NCBI GenBank assembly: GCA_964542645.1
Contig: CAZIUG010000007.1
Location: 73,619-137,618, forward strand
DNA length: 64,000 nt
Direction of reading: 5' to 3'
Origin: an uncultured Opitutales bacterium
GTDB taxonomy: Bacteria > Verrucomicrobiota > Verrucomicrobiia > Opitutales > UBA2987
Positions 57,361-64,000 of the stretch are shown here, one piece after another (within the stretch, counting starts at the first letter, position 1; every line of letters starts with the position of its first letter). The notes beneath the pieces were generated by a model. That model searched no databases and was not told the DNA's origin. It saw nothing but the letters and a program-made list of their open reading frames with translations. The translations under genes and the position numbers were made by a program.

Positions 57361-57755
57361 ATATAATTCGGCTACTGAAATCCCCGTGGATTGCCTACAA
57401 GCGTCTGAGGATGCCTTGGTGGATCCACTGTCGTGTTGAATCGAACTCAGAGGGTTTCCAAATCATTTCCCGTGTGGATCCAGACGAACCAAGGAGAGAA
57501 TACAGATGGTCCGCTATACTACGCGTAGAGGCTTATAAGCGCGATACACTCTTGATTGAACTGACTTGTTTAACCTTTTTCACCGCCTGTGGCCAATGTG
57601 AACTCAATCACAAGATGGGCGGATGGAAGGAACTTATCCGTGTCTTCAGAAAAGTTCTTCCGGGTCATTTCCCAGAGACTACTTGGTTTCCTGATGAATC
57701 CCGGTCCATGACCGGTAGCTATCCGGTTTCCTCGCGAGGGATCTTTGGTGAATAA
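57348..57755 (+). CDS. Hypothetical protein (135 aa)
   Basis: The ATG at 57348 overlaps the AKR stop (57358-60) by 13 nt. The composition is protein-like but I see no recognisable motif. Coding status is unproven. Confidence 0.45.
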   Translation: MAVLNIIRLLKSPWIAYKRLRMPWWIHCRVESNSEGFQIISRVDPDEPRREYRWSAILRVEAYKRDTLLIELTCLTFFTACGQCELNHKMGGWKELIRVFRKVLPGHFPETTWFPDESRSMTGSYPVSSRGIFGE

Positions 57756-58051
57756 AACCCTGGCCGTTGAAAGTCACCCTCGTCTTTGAACCGGTTCGGG
57801 AATAAAGTTATCGAAGACACAGAGCGTTTTAAAATGGAAGATCAAGAACGGCCTCGAATAACCTCCCTTTCCTCAACTGTTTCAGTACTGCACTTGGAAT
57901 CAGAGTCTCTTCAAGACACTTTGAGGAGTGCTAGAAATCTTTCAAAATTAACCTACCCCGCAGTCATCTTAAGTTATTTCCATTGCCATCCCCTCTCGGG
58001 GGAATATGTTCACTGCCTTACAAATTAAATCTATTAGTTTAATCTGAAACT

Positions 58052-58813
58052 ATGTACCCTAATCGACTAAAAGAAAAACTGAGATCCGGAGAGACCGTTT
58101 TAGGCACAGGACTTCCTGCGGCGAATCCTTCGGTCGTTGCTTCCGTCAACAATACAAATCCTGATTTTATCTGGATTGACACGGAGCACCAGCCCTGGGG
58201 AACCGAAGCAATTGAAACCATCCCGACTATGATGCGCCAGAAGGGAGTTGCACCAATGATTCGAGTCGCATGGAACGATCCCGGGCTAATCAAAAAGGCC
58301 TATGACGTTGGAGCAGTAGCAGTCATGGTTCCGCAGGTTGATACCCCAGAGGCCGCTGAAAAAGTAGTCAGATGCTCGAAATATCCACCCGAAGGCCAAC
58401 GAGGAATCTCCCCTAACTGGCCTCTTCTTGCCGGAGAGGACTTTAACCACATTGTTAAGACGGCCAATGAAGAAACCGTCGTGATCATCCAACTTGAAAG
58501 CCAACAGGCATACGATAACTTGGATGCCATAAAGCAAGTCGAAGGGATTGATGTGATTCTGGTGGGCCCAATGGACCTCTCTGCGTCGGTTGGGACTATA
58601 GCCGAGATGGGATCCAAAGAAGTGCAGGACATCATGAAGGACGTTCCCAGACGTCTGGAGGGAAGCGGTATTGCCGCCGGGACTACCCTGGTTGACTTGG
58701 CAGAAATCAAGGAAAAACTGGATTGGGGTTACCGTTTCATGAACGTTGGTTCCCCTCTCATCTACGGAGCAGAAGTGCTCACCGGGTACTTCCAGACACT
58801 CAGGTCGATCTAA
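58052..58813 (+). CDS. HpcH/HpaI family 2-keto-3-deoxy-acid aldolase
   Basis: NRLKEKLRSGETVLGT, DFIWIDTEHQPW, PMIRV, MVPQVDTPEAAEKVV, KYPPEGQRG and IIQLES match the class II pyruvate aldolase (HpcH/YfaU) pattern. Confidence 0.88.
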   Translation: MYPNRLKEKLRSGETVLGTGLPAANPSVVASVNNTNPDFIWIDTEHQPWGTEAIETIPTMMRQKGVAPMIRVAWNDPGLIKKAYDVGAVAVMVPQVDTPEAAEKVVRCSKYPPEGQRGISPNWPLLAGEDFNHIVKTANEETVVIIQLESQQAYDNLDAIKQVEGIDVILVGPMDLSASVGTIAEMGSKEVQDIMKDVPRRLEGSGIAAGTTLVDLAEIKEKLDWGYRFMNVGSPLIYGAEVLTGYFQTLRSI

Positions 58814-59174
58814 GTTGGGAATCTCATAAGATTTTCAACCGCTGCCGAGGCTTCCACCTCAAAACGTAGATCCGTCTGTATCGCCATAGTCTTCAAATGA
58901 GACACCCTACCCAATCCAAGTAGAGGAATACGGGTAACTTTTGTATTCCCTTCAAAGGAAACCCTATCGCCTCGATAACAATTTTAATCGCATCCAAGGA
59001 TCCCAATCGGGTATCTACACCTCTGACAAATTCGACAGCGCCAGTCCAATCGATCTACATCTCCACGTCCAGTACGGTGTGGTTCATCTCCAGATCGAAT
59101 TGGAGATCAGAATCCGAACCCTTGTTCACCAATAAATCGGGTCATCTTTAAACTCCCAAGATTTTCTATCGTAA

Positions 59175-60437
59175 TTGACCCAGTCACGCGATCCCTACAG
59201 CGCACTGCGCTTTACTTTTTTTCGTCGATTTCTCATTGCTAGTTCGCTTGTTCGCGTTGGCACCGCGGCCCAAAGTTTAGCCATAGGTTGGGAAATTTAT
59301 GATCGTACCAATCACGCTCTTTCCCTTGGAATGGTTGGTCTTGTTCAAGCGGTACCTATGCTCCTTTTGACTCTCCCAGCTGGTTACCTAGCCGATGTAT
59401 TCAATCGTCGGAAACTCATGATTCTCAGCCTATCTGGTGCGACGCTAACTTCTATCGGTCTTGCCCTAATTAGTGGGTATCAAGCTTCTATCATCTGGAT
59501 GTATCTACTACTTTTTATCGACTCGGCCTTTCTTCGTTTGGGCTGGCCTGCGGCGATCTCTATCACGCCTCTACTGGTTCCGCCTTCGATCTTTGAAAAC
59601 GCGACAAAATGGCGTGTCAGTGCGATGCAGTTCACTGGAATTGCCGGTCCAGCATTCGGCGGATTCTTGATAAGCTTGAATCTTCAAGCTGCCTACCTCA
59701 TAAGCGCCTTATCATCGGCTTCTTTCGTCATATTTCTAACCACAGTTCGCCTTCCCCCTGCACCTCAAGCCGAAAAAGGCAACATGGTTGGCAAGATGCT
59801 AGAGGGTATCAACTTTGTCAGGCGTCGGAAACTTATCCTTGGTGCCATTTCTCTTGATCTCTTCGCCGTACTTCTCGGCGGCGCCATCTACCTCTTACCA
59901 ATTTTCGGGAAAGATATCATTGAGTTAGGTCAGCTTGGACTGGAACCAGAAGAAGCTCTCGGGTGGTTACGTGCGGCCCCTGCCGCGGGCGCGCTCGTGA
60001 CAGCAATTCTGATCGCCCATTTGCCACCATTTCGCCACTCTGGAAAAGTACTGCTTTACTGTGTTGCTGGATTTGGGGTCGCCACAATCGGGTTTGGCCT
60101 TTCGGAAAACTTTTGGATCTCTCTCGTCATGCTGGGGCTAGTTGGCGCCTTTGATAACGTGAGCATGGTCATCCGGCACGTAGTCACACAAATGGCAACA
60201 CCCAACCAGATGCGTGGTCGTGTATCCGCGGTCAATTCGATATTCGTTGGCTCCTCCAATGAACTCGGCGGGTTTGAGTCCGGTGTTGTCGCACAGATTT
60301 TCAGTCCTGTAATATCGGTGATTAGTGGAGGAATCGGAACCCTCATCGTCGTCGCCACCTGGGCAAAAATATTCCCTGATCTTAGAAAACTCGGTCGCCT
60401 TTCCTCGCTCGCCCCTCACCGAAATAGCCCTACGTGA
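59175..60437 (+). CDS. MFS transporter
   Basis: About 12 TM helices. The loop 2-3 motif is GYLADVFNRRKLM (the MFS D-R/K-x-x-R-R-like motif). It has a TTG start. Size is 420 aa. Confidence 0.85.
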   Translation: MTQSRDPYSALRFTFFRRFLIASSLVRVGTAAQSLAIGWEIYDRTNHALSLGMVGLVQAVPMLLLTLPAGYLADVFNRRKLMILSLSGATLTSIGLALISGYQASIIWMYLLLFIDSAFLRLGWPAAISITPLLVPPSIFENATKWRVSAMQFTGIAGPAFGGFLISLNLQAAYLISALSSASFVIFLTTVRLPPAPQAEKGNMVGKMLEGINFVRRRKLILGAISLDLFAVLLGGAIYLLPIFGKDIIELGQLGLEPEEALGWLRAAPAAGALVTAILIAHLPPFRHSGKVLLYCVAGFGVATIGFGLSENFWISLVMLGLVGAFDNVSMVIRHVVTQMATPNQMRGRVSAVNSIFVGSSNELGGFESGVVAQIFSPVISVISGGIGTLIVVATWAKIFPDLRKLGRLSSLAPHRNSPT

Positions 60438-60591
60438 CCGAAGCGTTGGGGCCATCCCAGAAAACCTACACCCCTACTCCATTTCCGTATTCGGCAACGG
60501 GTTATCCACCTAACATCTAAATGTTTAGACATTGACTCACAAACAACTCGATGCACGTTGAGGTTATAGCTTCCTGTTACCGAAGAATCTG

Positions 60592-61731
60592 ATGACCAAA
60601 AAGTTGATCACCCTAAAAGGGAAGAGGGAAGGTATTCGGGCGACTAAAAATGCAAAAAGCGGCATTCGGATAGTCGACTGTGATCTGCATCACAGTACAG
60701 AAAAAATCGACGATCTCTTCCCCTATCTGCCGAAGCACTACGTGGAACACATTAAAGACTTCGGCTCCATGATGCCGGTTGTTGGCTACACCAATATGCC
60801 TCGTCACGGATGCCGAGAAGAACTTTGGCAATTTACCAAAAAACATCCCGCCAGCAATATTGAAGTTGCGATCGAGCATCATCTCAACAAATGGAATATC
60901 GACATTGCGGTTCTAACAGGTTCGACCGTTTATGGTGCCGCCGTCCATCCCGACGCCGACTACGCGGCTGCTATGTGTCGAGCCTTCAACGACTGGACCC
61001 TTGAAAACTGGATCAAGGCGGACACTCGTTTCCGAGCATCAGTAGCGATTGCACCTTCCGATCCGAAATTGGCAGCCAGAGAAATACGGCGTAACGGTGA
61101 TAATCCAGCCGTTATACAAGTTATTATTCCTGCAGGTTCGCGCCTACCTTATGGAAACCGTTTCTATGACCCAATCTACAAGGCCGCGCAAAAATATGGA
61201 CTTCCTATTTGTGTGCATTTTGGTGCCGAAGGAGCCGGTTTTGCCAATGCACCGACTGCAGCCGGATATCCCTCTTACTATCTCGAAATGCGTATGGCCC
61301 GGCCACAAATTGCCATGGCTCATGTAGCTAGCCTTATATGCGAAGGGACTTTTGAAAAGTTTCCAGATCTTAAATTCCTCTTTATTGAACATGACACTTT
61401 TTGGGTGCCTGGAATGATGTGGCACATGGATGCAGATTGGAAATCTGTTAGAGATTACACTCCATGGGTCAAATCCCCACCGAGCGAATATATCCGCGGC
61501 CATATTCGATTTGGATGCCAACCTATGGAGCAGCCACCAACCCGAAAAGACCTTAGAACTTTTCTTGATTGGCTGCACGCCGATGAGATCCTTGTCTATG
61601 CAAGCGACTACCCTCATTGGGATTGGGAAGCCCCAAATACCGTTCTCGCTGGTGCTCCGAAAGCACTAAAAGCCCGGATTTTCTCTGAAACCGCCTGTGA
61701 ACTCTACGGCCTTTCAGACGGATTTGCCTAA
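60592..61731 (+). CDS. Amidohydrolase-2 (TIM-barrel metal-dependent hydrolase/decarboxylase, COG2159-like) family protein
   Basis: N-terminal metal site IRIVDCDLHH, then internal VHFG and FIEHD and a C-terminal ASDYPHWD (terminal Asp). This layout is typical of the ACMSD/LigI/sugar-lactonase branch. Confidence 0.8.
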   Translation: MTKKLITLKGKREGIRATKNAKSGIRIVDCDLHHSTEKIDDLFPYLPKHYVEHIKDFGSMMPVVGYTNMPRHGCREELWQFTKKHPASNIEVAIEHHLNKWNIDIAVLTGSTVYGAAVHPDADYAAAMCRAFNDWTLENWIKADTRFRASVAIAPSDPKLAAREIRRNGDNPAVIQVIIPAGSRLPYGNRFYDPIYKAAQKYGLPICVHFGAEGAGFANAPTAAGYPSYYLEMRMARPQIAMAHVASLICEGTFEKFPDLKFLFIEHDTFWVPGMMWHMDADWKSVRDYTPWVKSPPSEYIRGHIRFGCQPMEQPPTRKDLRTFLDWLHADEILVYASDYPHWDWEAPNTVLAGAPKALKARIFSETACELYGLSDGFA

Positions 61732-61734
61732 GTA

Positions 61735-62094
61735 ATGAGCCGCCACGTCGTCTCCAAAGTAAGGGATCTTCCGCCGGGTGAACGGATGATCGTCTCCCTA
61801 GGAGGGAAGGGAGGCATCGGGATATTTAACATCGGGGGTCATTTTCACGCTCTAAGGAACCGTTGCCCTCATCAAGGCGGTCCCCTCTGTGAAGGCCGAC
61901 TTCGTCCACATGTGATCTCACGCGGCATCTACAAATCAGCCCACGAACAAAACCGTACTATCCTGAAGTGTCCGTGGCATCAGTGGGAATTCGACATGGG
62001 CTCGGGTAGAGCCCTCTATGACGAAAAGCTAAGGGTCAAAACCTACCGCGTCCAAATCGAAAATGAAGACGTCGTTCTCTACCTAAACCTGTAG
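61735..62094 (+). CDS. Small Rieske [2Fe-2S] protein (NirD/ferredoxin-like)
   Basis: CPHQGGPL...CPWHQWEF supplies the full ligand set. Size is 119 aa. It starts 3 nt after the amidohydrolase stop. Confidence 0.85.
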   Translation: MSRHVVSKVRDLPPGERMIVSLGGKGGIGIFNIGGHFHALRNRCPHQGGPLCEGRLRPHVISRGIYKSAHEQNRTILKCPWHQWEFDMGSGRALYDEKLRVKTYRVQIENEDVVLYLNL

Positions 62095-62227
62095 CCCTGC
62101 TTCCCGCATATGTCCTTTTCTCACTAGCAGAAAAGGAAACTTAAAAACTGCAGGCTGTAACTATCCCAATAATCCAATCTCCTTGTATTAATATCTTAGT
62201 TTACTAGCATCCCTCCGATTTCTTGGA

Positions 62228-63178
62228 ATGACCATTCAAGAGCAACTATCTTGGGAACAGATCAACGATGACACCCTAAGCTTTTTCCGAGCTATAGGGG
62301 TTGATTACTTGGCTGTAAATCCGGCACCAGATATGCGGGATGGAATAGACCGAGTCGATTACTGGAGGCATATTAAAGCGCTAGCTGAGAAAAATGGTTT
62401 AAAGCTCACCAACGTAGCAGCGACGGGATGGGACGAGATCTCTTTGGGACTTCCAGACCGAGATGAAAAGATCGAGGCTTGGTGTACGATGCTCCGGAAC
62501 TTGGGCAAGGTCGGAATTCCGACTCTAGGATGGAACTTTAAACCAATCGGAAATTTCCGGACAACATCGACCCCGCCGGGCCGTGGCGGCGCATCCTATA
62601 GCACTTTCGATTATGAAGAATTCATGTGTAGCCCCCCTTACAACCCGGACAAGGAGATCTCATGTGAAAAAATGTGGGGAAATCTGAAATACTTCCTCGA
62701 AAGGGTGATTCCCTGCGCCGAAAAGAATGGAGTTCGGATGGCGTTACATCCGGACGATCCACCAATCCCGGAACCATTGGGAGGTGCGGCAAGGATTGTT
62801 TCAACACTCGATCATTACCATAAAATCTTCGACCTCGTACCGAGCCACTGTAATGCAATGCTCTTCTGTCAGGGGTGTGTTAGGGAAATGGGACACCATG
62901 TACCTACGGCTATTCGTGATATCGGATCACTCAATAAAATTGCCTACGTCCACTTTCGCAATATCCGCGGCACACCCAAAAAATTCCAAGAGGTCTTTCT
63001 CGATGAAGGCGATGTCGATATGTTTGAGGCGATGATGACCTACAAGGAAGTCGGTTTCAAAGGGCCGTTTATGATGGACCACACACCGGAATTTCCGAAT
63101 CCGGATTCAACCTTTTGGGCCGGGCGGGCGTTCGCAGTAGGATATATGAGATCCCTGATCCAAGCGGTTTACCGCTAG
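62228..63178 (+). CDS. Short UxuA-like (mannonate dehydratase family) protein, paralogue 2
   Basis: LGWNFKPIGNFRTT, MALHPDDPPIPEPLGG, AYVHFRNIRG and FMMDHTP: the same blocks as the ORF at 54907-55890. Size is 316 aa. Confidence 0.78.
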   Translation: MTIQEQLSWEQINDDTLSFFRAIGVDYLAVNPAPDMRDGIDRVDYWRHIKALAEKNGLKLTNVAATGWDEISLGLPDRDEKIEAWCTMLRNLGKVGIPTLGWNFKPIGNFRTTSTPPGRGGASYSTFDYEEFMCSPPYNPDKEISCEKMWGNLKYFLERVIPCAEKNGVRMALHPDDPPIPEPLGGAARIVSTLDHYHKIFDLVPSHCNAMLFCQGCVREMGHHVPTAIRDIGSLNKIAYVHFRNIRGTPKKFQEVFLDEGDVDMFEAMMTYKEVGFKGPFMMDHTPEFPNPDSTFWAGRAFAVGYMRSLIQAVYR

Positions 63179-63200
63179 ATTCTCGTAACACTAAAGTTCC

Positions 63201-64000
63201 TCAAAGCTCTGCCACTAAGACCCACATTGGTTCAATTCCTACCTCGTAGATTTCGATTTCTGACAACTCACCGGTAACCTGATCAACCCGATAGATCGAC
63301 ATTTTACCGCTATCTACACCGGCTGCGAAAATGAATTTGCCTTGAGAATCGATGTCAAATCCGCGCACATGTGCCTGCCCTGGAACCCGCCCTATTAGAG
63401 AAAGCTCACCCGACGCTTCATCGATACTGAAACAAGAAATACTATCATGCCCCCGATTCGGCGCATAAAGAAATCTGCCGGATGGGTGAATCCGAAGCTG
63501 GGCTGTGGTGTTGTTACTACTGTCATAGCCTTCAGGCAATGTGGAAATCGTTTGAAAAGAAGAAGACAATCTCCCGTCCTTCCTCACTGGATAAGCAGTA
63601 ATACTATTTCCCTGTTCATCCGTTGTGTACATCACATCAAGAGTGGGATGGAATCTAATATGGCGGGGACCGAGTCTCTCCTGCGGCACCAGAATGGCCA
63701 GCTCCTGAGGCGTCAACTCGCCTGTCTCTGGATCATACTTATACTGAAAAATTGCATTCTGTCTAATACAGTGAGGAACATAGACAAACCGATTAGATGG
63801 ATGCACCTCAACTGAGTGAGCTCCCTGAAGAGTGTTAACTATCGATACCGCCGGAGCAACAAGCGCTCCATTTTCTCCCACCCGATAACTACTGGCCCGA
63901 GCACCGCCGTTGCTTGAGGTTAAGGCAAATTTACCCGATCTATCAACCGTAACGTAGACCGAATCCGACTCTTCCTCTATCGATCCGAGAAGCGAAATGG
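63201..64000 (-). CDS. Seven-bladed beta-propeller lactonase (6-phosphogluconolactonase/Pgl-like), N-terminus outside the window
   Basis: My own translation shows the minus-strand frame stays open from 63881 to the window edge (...VYVTVDRSGKFALTSSNGGARASSYRVGENGALV...). Repeated motifs (HPSNRFVYVP, HPSGRFLYAPNRGHDSI, DIDSQGKFIFAAG) fit the lactonase propeller family. Confidence 0.75.
   Translation of the reverse strand, partial: ISLLGSIEEESDSVYVTVDRSGKFALTSSNGGARASSYRVGENGALVAPAVSIVNTLQGAHSVEVHPSNRFVYVPHCIRQNAIFQYKYDPETGELTPQELAILVPQERLGPRHIRFHPTLDVMYTTDEQGNSITAYPVRKDGRLSSSFQTISTLPEGYDSSNNTTAQLRIHPSGRFLYAPNRGHDSISCFSIDEASGELSLIGRVPGQAHVRGFDIDSQGKFIFAAGVDSGKMSIYRVDQVTGELSEIEIYEVGIEPMWVLVAEL

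Noticed and set aside
1-64000. Search for tRNA/rRNA/tmRNA/SRP/RNase P genes, CRISPR arrays, transposases, integrases, phage or defence genes
   Set aside because: I scanned the intergenic regions by eye for T-loop signatures (GGTTCGAATCC-like and its complement), SRP and RNase P core motifs, regularly spaced direct repeats, and recombinase-like ORFs. I found none. The GTTCGAATCC-like strings at ~28700 and ~15805 lie inside well-supported CDSs. This was a manual scan, so tRNAscan-SE, cmscan and minced would be decisive.

Overview
This is a 64-kb, densely coded chromosomal segment with about 47 protein genes on both strands. By eye I found no rRNA, tRNA, CRISPR array, transposase, integrase or phage gene, and no obvious compositional island.

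Most genes are housekeeping: rplU-rpmA, ilvD, pgi, pheA, scpB, rsmI, an rluD-like gene, lpxK, topB, menF-menD-menB, metG, rdgB, ribD and sppA. Interleaved with them are accessory redox and carbohydrate genes:
- two Gfo/Idh/MocA oxidoreductases and an SDR
- a GH32 enzyme
- two short UxuA-like dehydratases
- a Tat-signal aldo/keto reductase
- an HpcH aldolase
- an amidohydrolase-Rieske pair
- a beta-propeller lactonase

The repertoire (UnbV/ASPIC, Tat-signal AKR, many Gfo/Idh/MocA genes, weak Shine-Dalgarno usage) suggests a PVC-type, Verrucomicrobiota-like aquatic heterotroph. That is inference only.

Nothing here is demonstrably a new system. The items most worth a second look are:
1. A 1,740-aa single-chain fusion of a degenerate M28/PA-like ectodomain with a MacB/FtsX-type permease and no ATPase partner (5275-10497).
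2. A sugar-acid or hydroxy-acid catabolic island with two UxuA-like paralogues and a tightly coupled amidohydrolase-Rieske pair (54907-64000).
3. A threonine-dehydrogenase-like SDR translationally coupled to an unknown cupin-like protein instead of kbl (17757-19899).
4. A 584-aa Rieske-domain protein followed by a GT-C-like membrane protein and a motif-variant GH32 (40596-45497).
5. A methyltransferase plus COG3044-type ABC-class ATPase pair (13837-16364).

All family calls rest on by-eye motif recognition. No searches were run.
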